Shown piece after piece: positions 28,370 to 36,936 of a stretch of 64,000 nt of DNA. Position 1 is the first letter of the stretch, and each line of letters begins with the position of its first letter. This stretch comes from Candidatus Hydrogenedentota bacterium (GTDB lineage Bacteria; Hydrogenedentota; Hydrogenedentia; Hydrogenedentales; SLHB01): contig BTVY01000008.1 of NCBI GenBank assembly GCA_045863335.1, positions 64,001-128,000 of the forward strand, given 5' to 3'. The notes beneath the pieces are model-generated. The model ran no database searches. It had not been told where the DNA came from and saw only the letters and a list, made by a program, of their open reading frames with translations. The position numbers and the translations under genes were made by a program.

Positions 28370-29800
28370 GTGTTGAGGTCGTATTTCGGTTGGGGCGTGC
28401 TGGCCGCGGTCTGTTTGGGAATGGCGTTCGCTGTGCGCCCGGCTCCACCGGGCTCTCCGGAAGAACGCGAAGCCATTCGCGAGGGCCGTACGGTCGTTCT
28501 CTATTGGGACCGCCATTCCGGCCACGAGCATCAGGCGCGCGTCGAACTCATCGCCGAGTACAACCAATCCCAGGGGGTTGAGGATGGCGTGTACGTGCGC
28601 GCCCTCCCCATCGGCTACAACGTGTTGATGGAGAAGATGCTCACTTCCATCGCCGCGGGTAGCCCCCCCGACATTTGCAGTATGGATACGGCTATCCTCG
28701 CTCAACTCGCCGCCCAAGGCTGCTTCAGCCCTCTGGGTGACTTTATCGCAACCGAACCGGAATTGCAGGAGGACCGCTTTCTCCCACACGCGTGGCGCAT
28801 GGTTCATTTTCGGGGATTCGACGCGGCGAGTGAACGTTGGGTAGAAGACACGTGGGGGATTCCGACATCGACAGATACCTACTGCCTGCTATGGAACAAA
28901 GACGCGTTCCGCAAGGCGGGTCTGGACCCCGAGCGTCCACCACAGACGCTGGACGAGTTGGAAGAGTATGCAGCGAAACTGACGGTGCACGGCGATACGG
29001 GAATCGAACAGTTTGGTTTCGTGCCCTGGTTCCCCTGGGATCTCACGCACATGTGGGGAGGGCTGTTTGGGGGAGAATGGTATGACCCGGAGACCGGGGC
29101 CGCGACGTGCGCGGACAACCCCGGGATTATTGCCTCGCTCGCCTGGCAGCGCCGTTTCGCTATCGATCCCAACGCGTCCGAGCAGTCCCCCATCGCAATC
29201 GATCCCGCGCGCACCCAGTCCTTTGAGCGAATGGGCGCGTACCAAAGCGCCAACAACCCCTTCTATACCGGCAAAGTCGCCATGATTGTCGAGGGGGAAT
29301 GGCAAGTGACCTTTACGGCAAAGTACGCGCCTGATCTCGATTGGGGCGTCGCGCCCATACCCCAGCCGGAAGGCGTGGAACCCTTGATGTACGGTCCCAC
29401 GTCGGTCGCGGACGCGATCCCCGCCGGAGCGCGCCATCGGGAAGCCGCCTTGAAATTCCTGCGCTGGTTCTACCGGACCCGGCCCGACGGCAGCCCGTCG
29501 CCCGCGAGCGATTACAGTCTGGCGATCCACAACATTCCGCCGCGGCGCGCGGAGGCCATGCACGAACGGTTCACGGGCAACCCAAAGTTTAAAGTCTTTG
29601 TCGAGGGCCTCATCGACCGCGAGGTCGTGCAATATCCAGTCAATCCGGTTACGCAGTTCTTTCTCGATCAAATGTCGAGCAACCGCGAGTACGTCATCCG
29701 GTACGAAAAGACGCCGGAACAGGCGGCGCGCGACATCCAGGACGTGGCCAACGCCGCTCTGAAAGACGATCCCTATATTGAGCCGGAGGTGGCCCAATGA
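28370..29800 (+). CDS. carbohydrate ABC transporter substrate-binding protein
   Basis: TSIAAGSPPD, LLWNKDAFRKAGLDPERPPQT, FYTGKVAMIVEGEW, DWGVAPIP; start approximate (GTG 28370). Confidence 0.88.
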   Translation: MLRSYFGWGVLAAVCLGMAFAVRPAPPGSPEEREAIREGRTVVLYWDRHSGHEHQARVELIAEYNQSQGVEDGVYVRALPIGYNVLMEKMLTSIAAGSPPDICSMDTAILAQLAAQGCFSPLGDFIATEPELQEDRFLPHAWRMVHFRGFDAASERWVEDTWGIPTSTDTYCLLWNKDAFRKAGLDPERPPQTLDELEEYAAKLTVHGDTGIEQFGFVPWFPWDLTHMWGGLFGGEWYDPETGAATCADNPGIIASLAWQRRFAIDPNASEQSPIAIDPARTQSFERMGAYQSANNPFYTGKVAMIVEGEWQVTFTAKYAPDLDWGVAPIPQPEGVEPLMYGPTSVADAIPAGARHREAALKFLRWFYRTRPDGSPSPASDYSLAIHNIPPRRAEAMHERFTGNPKFKVFVEGLIDREVVQYPVNPVTQFFLDQMSSNREYVIRYEKTPEQAARDIQDVANAALKDDPYIEPEVAQ

Positions 29801-30690
29801 CGCGCGTGGAACGACGCAATACGCGAAACGCGCTGCTCTTCGCGTCGCCCTTCGTGTTGGGGTTCTTTGTCATCTACGCGTATCCCCTCGTGATGACCTT
29901 CGTGTTTAGCTTGCAGCGCTACAACGTAATCCGGCCGCCCGTATGGATCGGCGCAGACAACTACCATCGGCTCTTGTTTGAAGATCCGCGCTTCTGGAAG
30001 GCGCTGTACAACACGCTCTACTTCACGGCATTCTCCGTGCCGCTCGGGCTCGCGCTGGCGCTCGGACTGGCCATGTTGCTGAGTCTCAAGGTTCGCGGCC
30101 AGGCGATCTACCGGACCATTTTCTTTCTTCCCACCATCGTGCCCATCGTGGCCTCCTCGGTATTGTGGTTGTGGGTGCTGAACGCCCAGAACGGATTGTT
30201 GAATACCACGATCGAAGCGATCTTCGGCGTTCAAGGTCCGGGGTGGTTGGCGGACGAACACTGGTCAAAGCCGGCCCTCATACTCATGAGCCTCTGGAGC
30301 GTGGGCGGTCCTATGGTGATCTTTCTGGCAGGTCTGGCGGACGTGCCGCAGTCCTTGTACGAAGTGGCGGACATCGACGGCGCCGGGCCCTTCCGGAAGT
30401 TCCGCAACGTGACGCTGCCCATGATCACGCCGGTGATTCTGTTCAACCTCGTGATTGGGCTGATCAATTCCTTTCAGTACTTCACGCAGGTCTATGTGAT
30501 GACGAACGGCAAGGGCGAACCCGTGGACTCGACTATGTTCTACGCCTTGTACCTGTACCGGAATTCCTTTTACTACCTCGACATGGGCTACGGCTCGGCC
30601 ATGGCGCTCATCATGTTCCTGGTCATTCTGGCCGCGACCGTTGGCGTCATGATCTCCTCTAAGCGCTGGGTGCACTACCATGGCGACTAG
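29797..30690 (+). CDS. carbohydrate ABC permease
   Basis: WIGADNY, RTIFFLP, EAA-like LYEVADIDGAG, MGYGSA. Confidence 0.93.
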   Translation: MTRVERRNTRNALLFASPFVLGFFVIYAYPLVMTFVFSLQRYNVIRPPVWIGADNYHRLLFEDPRFWKALYNTLYFTAFSVPLGLALALGLAMLLSLKVRGQAIYRTIFFLPTIVPIVASSVLWLWVLNAQNGLLNTTIEAIFGVQGPGWLADEHWSKPALILMSLWSVGGPMVIFLAGLADVPQSLYEVADIDGAGPFRKFRNVTLPMITPVILFNLVIGLINSFQYFTQVYVMTNGKGEPVDSTMFYALYLYRNSFYYLDMGYGSAMALIMFLVILAATVGVMISSKRWVHYHGD

Positions 30691-31672
30691 ACCCGTCTAT
30701 CGACTTTTCGCCCACGCCATGCTCATCGCGGCTTCATTGTTGTTTCTCGCGCCCTTCGCGTGGATGGTCTCGACTTCGCTGAAACACGAGTCGCGCATCT
30801 TCTCCAAACCGGGCGAACCACCCCAGTGGATTCCGAGGACCGATCGCCTCGACTCGAACGGAAACCAGTTGGTCACGTGCCAGGGTCAGACCGCCGTCAA
30901 TCTGGGCCGGAACGAGGACGGTCGTTACACCTTGAACCTCGATGGGTTGCAAGTATCGGCGTCTGCGGAAGAGTTCGTGGCGCAACAGGAGATCGAACTG
31001 CACTGGGAGAATTACGCCGAGGCCTTTCGCATCATCGACTTCCCGAGAAACCTCCGCAACACGCTCTTCGTCTGCTTCACGGTAGTCATCGGCACGGTGC
31101 TGTCGTGTTCGCTCGTTGCCTACAGCTTTTCACGCATCGAATGGCCGGGAAGGGATCTGTGTTTCATTCTGGTGTTGGCGACCATGATGCTCCCCTATCA
31201 GGTGATGCTGATTCCGTTGTTCGTGCTGTACAAGAATCTCGGCTGGACGGGGACCTTTAAGCCATTGATCGTCCCCGCCTTTCTCGGAACGCCGTTCTAC
31301 ATCTTTCTCCTGCGTCAGTTCTTCATGGGGATTCCGCAGGACCTCAGCGCCGCCGCACGGATCGACGGGTGCAGCGAATTCGGCATCTACGCGCGCATCA
31401 TCATGCCCTTGTCGAAACCCGCGCTGGCTACCACCGCCCTGTTCATGTTCCTTTTTCAATGGGGCGATTTCCTCAATCCCCTTGTTTTCCTTCAGGACGA
31501 CCGGCAATATACCCTCGCCCTTGCGTTGCAGCAGTTCCAAAGTCAGCACGAAAGCCTTTGGGGTCCCCTGATGGCCATGTCGACAGTCATCACGGTTCCG
31601 GTGATCCTGTTGTTCTTCCTGACCCAGCGCACGTTCATCCAGGGGATCACCCTGACCGGCCTCAAGGGGTAG
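30680..31672 (+). CDS. carbohydrate ABC permease
   Basis: HWENY, FLLRQFF, AARIDGCS, PLSKPAL, FIQGI; periplasmic insertion. Confidence 0.93.
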   Translation: MATRPVYRLFAHAMLIAASLLFLAPFAWMVSTSLKHESRIFSKPGEPPQWIPRTDRLDSNGNQLVTCQGQTAVNLGRNEDGRYTLNLDGLQVSASAEEFVAQQEIELHWENYAEAFRIIDFPRNLRNTLFVCFTVVIGTVLSCSLVAYSFSRIEWPGRDLCFILVLATMMLPYQVMLIPLFVLYKNLGWTGTFKPLIVPAFLGTPFYIFLLRQFFMGIPQDLSAAARIDGCSEFGIYARIIMPLSKPALATTALFMFLFQWGDFLNPLVFLQDDRQYTLALALQQFQSQHESLWGPLMAMSTVITVPVILLFFLTQRTFIQGITLTGLKG

Positions 31673-31727
31673 TCCGCCGGGATTTCGATACGCGCGCCGG
31701 CCACGTAATCCAACGATTGGAGTGCAC

Positions 31728-32525
31728 ATGTCTGAAATAGAATTCATCCGCGCCACCCTGGACGAACTGGCGGTGTTCGTGCGGCAAAAATACGCCATGC
31801 GGGAATCCCTTTCCATGACCGCCAAGGGAGAGCCCAACGACCTCGTCACCGAGGTGGACCTTGCGGTGCAGGAGGAGATCCAAAGGCGCATCGAGAAGGC
31901 TTTCCCTGGGGACGCCATCGTGGGCGAAGAGAACGGCATGACCGGGTTTCCGGAAGGGGACGACACGCGCGCCTGGGTCATTGATCCCATTGACGGCACC
32001 CAGAACTTCGTGCGGGGTCTGTTTCCCGCATATGGCATCTCTCTTGCCTTCGCTATCGGCGGACTCCCCGTGGCCGGCGGCGTGGCGGTACCCGGCAACG
32101 GCCAGTTGTTTCTCGCGGAAAAGGGCAAGGGCGCCTTCCGGAACGGCGAGCGTATCCGCGTGTCCGCTGTGGACCAGATTTCACACGTGCGCGCCGAAGT
32201 CGATTTCGCGGGGATGGTGGATCGCGTCGCGACTCTGCGCGCGTTCGGCCCATTCGTGGAAGAAGTCGGGCAGGTGCGCTGCCATTGCGCCGCCGTTATC
32301 GGGCTGTGTTCCATCGCCACGGGCGACATGGATGCTTACGTTCACGTCACGCTCAATCCCTGGGACTACGCGGCGGGCATGATCATCGTGCAGGAAGCAG
32401 GCGGCATGGTCACCCGCCTCGACGGCGCGGCAATCAATTTGTTTGATGGTGGGCAGGGTGTGCTGGGAAGCAATGGCAAGATTCACAACAAGCTTAGCGC
32501 CCTCGCCTTGAAAGGGACGTATTGA
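31728..32525 (+). CDS. inositol monophosphatase family protein
   Basis: DLVTEVD, GEE, WVIDPIDGTQNF, WDYAAG. Confidence 0.92.
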   Translation: MSEIEFIRATLDELAVFVRQKYAMRESLSMTAKGEPNDLVTEVDLAVQEEIQRRIEKAFPGDAIVGEENGMTGFPEGDDTRAWVIDPIDGTQNFVRGLFPAYGISLAFAIGGLPVAGGVAVPGNGQLFLAEKGKGAFRNGERIRVSAVDQISHVRAEVDFAGMVDRVATLRAFGPFVEEVGQVRCHCAAVIGLCSIATGDMDAYVHVTLNPWDYAAGMIIVQEAGGMVTRLDGAAINLFDGGQGVLGSNGKIHNKLSALALKGTY

Positions 32526-32526
32526 G

Positions 32527-33708
32527 ATGGCGAAGAAGGCAATTCAGTTCGGTGCGGGCAACATTGGCCGGGGTTTTCTGGGACAGTTATTCTACGAAAC
32601 GGATTTTCACACGACGTTCGTGGACGTCATGGACGATCTGATCGTGCAACTGAACGAACGCGGTTCCTATCCCCTTCGCATTGTCGATGAGAATACGTAC
32701 ACGCTGACCATCGAAAACGTCAGCGCCATCCACGCCCGGGACGTCGACGCTGTCGCGCAAGCCGTGGCGGACGCCGATTTCGGAGCGACCGCGGTCGGCG
32801 TGCCCGTGCTGGGGAAGATCGCGCCGTTGCTGGCGGCGGGTGTCGAACGGCGATTCTCCACGGGCGACGCGGCGCCCCTCAACATCATCGTCTGCGAAAA
32901 CATGATCGACGCCGGTCCCTACCTGCGCGAACAGGTTCGGGAGCACCTCTCCCCCGCTTTCCACGCTGCGCTGGACGAGAAGGTCGGTTTCGTCGAGGCC
33001 AGCATCGGCCGCATGGTTCCCGTCATGACCGATGCGGTACGGTCCGAGGATCCGCTGCTCATCTGTGTCGAGGAATATTGCGAACTACCCGTGGACGGCG
33101 CTGGTTTCAAGGGTCCGGTCCCGCCGTTGAAAAACATGGAGCCCCGCGAGAATTTCGGCGCCTACGTGGAGCGCAAGTTGTTCATCCACAACGCCGGGCA
33201 CGCGACGACGGCTTATCTGGGCTACCTCCGCGGACACGAGTTCACCTGGCAGGCCGTGGAAGATCCCGTTGTCCGCGCCAAGGTGTTGGAAGCCCTCGAA
33301 GAATCCAAGGCTGGACTCGTCGCGAAGCATGGCATGGACGAAGCGGCGTTACAGGCGCACGTCGAGGATTTGCTACACCGCTTCGCCAACAGGGCTTTGG
33401 GCGACCAGGTCGCCCGGGTCGCAAAGGACCCCATCCGAAAACTGGGTCCCCGTGACCGTCTCATAGGGGCGGCCACCATGTGTCTGGAACAAGGCATCGA
33501 ACCGAAGGGACTGGCGTTTGCAGCGGCCGCCGCAATCCGGTACGATCACCCGGATGACCGGGCAGCCCAATCCGTCCAAACGGTTTACAACGACCGGGGA
33601 CTTGCGGGGGTACTTGCGGAGATTTGCCAGATTGAGCCCGGGTCGCATCTGGCCACCCTCATTCAAACCGGAATGCAGCGCCTTCAGGACGAAGGCTGGA
33701 TTCAGTAG
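32527..33708 (+). CDS. mtlD: mannitol-1-phosphate 5-dehydrogenase-like
   Basis: FGAGNIGRGF, IIVCEN, ERKLFIHNAGH, RF.N...DQVARV..DPIRKL..DRL. Confidence 0.82.
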   Translation: MAKKAIQFGAGNIGRGFLGQLFYETDFHTTFVDVMDDLIVQLNERGSYPLRIVDENTYTLTIENVSAIHARDVDAVAQAVADADFGATAVGVPVLGKIAPLLAAGVERRFSTGDAAPLNIIVCENMIDAGPYLREQVREHLSPAFHAALDEKVGFVEASIGRMVPVMTDAVRSEDPLLICVEEYCELPVDGAGFKGPVPPLKNMEPRENFGAYVERKLFIHNAGHATTAYLGYLRGHEFTWQAVEDPVVRAKVLEALEESKAGLVAKHGMDEAALQAHVEDLLHRFANRALGDQVARVAKDPIRKLGPRDRLIGAATMCLEQGIEPKGLAFAAAAAIRYDHPDDRAAQSVQTVYNDRGLAGVLAEICQIEPGSHLATLIQTGMQRLQDEGWIQ

Positions 33709-33717
33709 GAACCCGTT

Positions 33718-35025
33718 ATGCACGAAGTTAAACTTCCCCAGATGGGGCAGTCTGTCGAAGAGGCGTCCATCGTCCAGTGGTTGAAGGCTGAAGGCGACAA
33801 GGTCGAACGCGGCGAGCCCATCGTGTCCATCCAGACCGATAAGGCCGAGATCGAGTGCGAATCCCCGGCGGCGGGGGTTGTCCGGAAAATCCTGCTGGAG
33901 CCGGATGTGACCGTGCCGGTGATGACGGTTATCGCCCTCGTAGGCGAGGCAGACGAACCGCTCCCGGACCTGGACCAGTACAAGGTCAGCGCCGGATCGA
34001 CGGCGGAACCGATTGCGGAAGCAGCAGAGGCTGCCCCAGAGACCGTCGCGCAGGTTGCCGCGTCTACCACGACCACCACGGCGTCCGCCGGACTCGCCGA
34101 CGCCCCCGTCTCGCCTCGCGCACGACGCCGGGCCGAAGCGCTCCACGTGAACCCGAATCTCGCCAAGGGCAGCGGCGTCGGGGGCCGTGTCATGGAAGCC
34201 GATGTCGAGGCGTACGCGGCGTCCGTGGATGGCATCGCGATTACGCCGACGGCAAAGCGTCTGGCGGAGATCAAAGGGATCGACATCGCCCGCGTGAAGG
34301 GCACGGGTCCTGGCGGAAAGATCACCAAGGAAGATATCGAAGGGGCAACGCCCACGCGCGCCGCGGGCGAGACGAAGCGGGTGCCCCTCTCCCCCATGCG
34401 CCGCATCATTGCGCAGCGCATGTGCGAGAGCAAGTTCGGCGCGCCCCACTATTACGTCACCGTCGAGGTCGATATGGCGGCCGCGGCGAAGTTCCGCGCG
34501 GAGTATCCAACGAAGCTGTCCTACAACGACCTCGTGATGCGCGGCACCGCGTTGGCACTGCAGGAGTGGCCGGCGGTGAACGCCCGCTGGCAGGGCGATG
34601 CCATTGAAGAAGTGGGCGACGTCAATCTCGGGTTCGCGGTTGCGTTGCCGACCGGGTTGATCGTGCCGGTGGTCCGCCAAGTGCAGCGCCTTTCGTTGGA
34701 CGAGTTGTCTCAGTCCTGCAAGGGGCTGACCGAGAAGGCGCGGACCGGAAAGCTGTTGCCGGACGACTATTCGGGCAGCACGTTCACGATCTCGAATCTC
34801 GGCGGGTTTGGCGTGGACCAATTTACGGCGATCATCAATCAGCCGGATAGCGCGATCCTGGCCGTGGGGCAGATCAAGGATCGTCCCGTGGTCATCGACG
34901 GCGGCATTCACGTGCGGCCCATCATGAAGCTGACCTTGTCCAGCGATCACCGGGTGATCGACGGCGCGTTGGCGGCGCAGTTCATGGGATCGCTCAAAGG
35001 CATTCTCGAGACGGCGCAGTTCTAG
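33718..35025 (+). CDS. 2-oxoacid dehydrogenase E2 (dihydrolipoamide acyltransferase)
   Basis: One lipoyl domain (QTDKAEIE), two E3-binding repeats (GSGVGGRV, GTGPGGKI), TISNLG, DHRVIDG. Confidence 0.95.
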   Translation: MHEVKLPQMGQSVEEASIVQWLKAEGDKVERGEPIVSIQTDKAEIECESPAAGVVRKILLEPDVTVPVMTVIALVGEADEPLPDLDQYKVSAGSTAEPIAEAAEAAPETVAQVAASTTTTTASAGLADAPVSPRARRRAEALHVNPNLAKGSGVGGRVMEADVEAYAASVDGIAITPTAKRLAEIKGIDIARVKGTGPGGKITKEDIEGATPTRAAGETKRVPLSPMRRIIAQRMCESKFGAPHYYVTVEVDMAAAAKFRAEYPTKLSYNDLVMRGTALALQEWPAVNARWQGDAIEEVGDVNLGFAVALPTGLIVPVVRQVQRLSLDELSQSCKGLTEKARTGKLLPDDYSGSTFTISNLGGFGVDQFTAIINQPDSAILAVGQIKDRPVVIDGGIHVRPIMKLTLSSDHRVIDGALAAQFMGSLKGILETAQF

Positions 35026-35083
35026 AGTTTTCGGTACGTCATCGGGTGCATTTCCAGTTCGCAGTCACTCATCTTTGTCTAAG

Positions 35084-35110
35084 ATGGGTCCCCGCCTTCG
35101 CGGGGATGAC
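35084..35110 (-). repeat. REP-like palindrome (GTCATCCCCGCGAAGGCGGGGACCCAT)
   Basis: Hairpin CCCCGC-GAAG-GCGGGG with GTCA foot, downstream of the E2 gene. Confidence 0.6.
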
Positions 35111-35149
35111 GTTTGTCGGTGCATGCGACGTTTCTCGTGATCGGGCCCT

Positions 35150-35218
35150 GTAGCGCCCGGGTTCCATCCCGGGCGGGTTTCGGAGATGAAGACGCCCGCC
35201 GTGGAAGGCGGGCGCAAC
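35150..35218. repeat. GTAG-type REP doublet
   Basis: GTAGCGCCCGGGTTCCATCCCGGGC facing the inverse of GTTGCGCCCGCCTTCCACGGCGGGC; compensatory stem changes. Confidence 0.7.
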
Positions 35219-35253
35219 AAACTACATTAAGAAGGGTAGATGATCTCGTGGCA

Positions 35254-35421
35254 CGAAGAACATCCCCCTTGATCCCCCTTCAAAGGGGGAGTAATTGCAA
35301 CGCTTTGCGTTGCGCTGAAACAGACACAGGCATAGTAAAAGGTGCATGGCTCTATAAGGTCTCAGAATACATCACCTAGGCAATTCCCCCTTTGAAGGGG
35401 GATCAAGGGGGATGTTCTTCG
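35254..35421. repeat. ~165-bp inverted-repeat element, copy 3
   Basis: Perfect ~37-bp inverted arms; hairpin GCAACGC-TTT-GCGTTGC at 35297-35313. Confidence 0.92.
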
Positions 35422-35512
35422 AGAATAGGTAGAGCTTGACCCTGTTTCCCGGATCGCCATGATTTGCACATAGGATCGCGTGATACTTGACGCGGATTGG
35501 ATGGAGAAGTTG

Positions 35513-36907
35513 ATGCGGAAGTGTGATGTTGCAGTAATTGGAAGCGGGCCTGCGGGGTATGTGGCCGCCATTCGCGCGGCGCAGTTGGGCGCGCAGGTGT
35601 TAGTGGTCGAACGTGAAGAGCTCGGCGGGGTCTGTCTGAACTGGGGATGCATCCCCACGAAGACCTTAATTCATACCGCCGATGTGTATCGCAAGATTCA
35701 ACATGCCGCCGATCTCGGCCTCAAGGTGGACGGTGTCAGCGTCGACATGAAGGCGCTGGTGGCCCGCAAGAACGAGATCGTGAAGAAAAACAAGGGCGGG
35801 ATCCGCAACTTGTTCAAGGCAAATGGGATTGAAGTCATCACAGGCGATGCGTCCATCACGGCGCCCGGAACGATCCACGTGGGCGACGAGACGATTGCGG
35901 CGAAATCCATCATCGTTGCAACCGGCAGTTCGCCCGCGCAGATTCCGGGATTGGAGATTGACGGCAAACGCGTCATCTCCAGTACGGAAGCATTGGACCT
36001 CGAAGTGTTGCCGAAACGCGCGTTGGTCATCGGCGCGGGCGCGATTGGCGCGGAGTTCGCCAGCATGTGGAACGCTTTTGGCGTCGAGGTAACGCTCGTG
36101 GAAATGTTGCCGCGCGTTTTGCCGCTGGATGACGCCGAACTCACGCAAGGGTTGGAGAAGATTTTCAAGAAGCGCAAAATCGATGTGCGCACGGAGACGA
36201 AGGTGAAGAACCTCGACGTATCCAAGAAGGGCGTGCACGTCGAATTCGAAGGTAAGAAGACCGGCCCGATCGATGTCGATTTGGTGCTCGTTGGGATCGG
36301 ACGGAAATTCCATTCCGATGTCGTGACGAAGTCCAAAGACTTGGGCGTAAAGGTCGGCGCGCGCGGTGAGATTCTTGTGGACGAACGCATGGAAACGAAT
36401 GTGAAGAGCATCTACGCGGTCGGCGATGTGACGGCAAAGACCATGCTCGCCCACGGCGGATCGGCCGAAGGGCTGGTCGCCGCCGAGAATGCCACGGGCG
36501 GCAACGCGAAGATGAACTATCGTGTGGTGCCAGCCTGCACCTTCACGACGCCGGAAGTCGCGCGCGTGGGTCTCACTGAAGAGCAAGCGCGGGCAACCGG
36601 CGCGGACATCAAGATCGGCCGTTTCTCTTTCATGGCGATTGGCCGGGCCCACGCCATCGGCGAGACCGACGGCATGGTGAAGATCGTCGGTGACGCGAAG
36701 ACGGACGAGGTGTTAGGCGTCCACATCATGGGACATGAGGCGGGCGAGCTGATCGCTTCCGCGGCGGTGGCCATGAAGATGGAAGCGACGGTCGCCGAGA
36801 TTGCGCATACGATTCACACGCATCCAACGCTGTCAGAAGCGGTGATGGAAGCAGCCGAAGACTACTTTGGGGCGGGCATTCACACGCCGCCGAAGAAGCG
36901 GCCGTAG
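35513..36907 (+). CDS. lpdA: dihydrolipoyl dehydrogenase (E3)
   Basis: GSGPAG, GGVCLNWGCIPTK, GAGAIG, YAVGD, HPTLSE; ATG 35513 after GGAG. Confidence 0.97.
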   Translation: MRKCDVAVIGSGPAGYVAAIRAAQLGAQVLVVEREELGGVCLNWGCIPTKTLIHTADVYRKIQHAADLGLKVDGVSVDMKALVARKNEIVKKNKGGIRNLFKANGIEVITGDASITAPGTIHVGDETIAAKSIIVATGSSPAQIPGLEIDGKRVISSTEALDLEVLPKRALVIGAGAIGAEFASMWNAFGVEVTLVEMLPRVLPLDDAELTQGLEKIFKKRKIDVRTETKVKNLDVSKKGVHVEFEGKKTGPIDVDLVLVGIGRKFHSDVVTKSKDLGVKVGARGEILVDERMETNVKSIYAVGDVTAKTMLAHGGSAEGLVAAENATGGNAKMNYRVVPACTFTTPEVARVGLTEEQARATGADIKIGRFSFMAIGRAHAIGETDGMVKIVGDAKTDEVLGVHIMGHEAGELIASAAVAMKMEATVAEIAHTIHTHPTLSEAVMEAAEDYFGAGIHTPPKKRP

Positions 36908-36936
36908 CGGGCGGCGGAACCAGCGGAGATCTCGTA

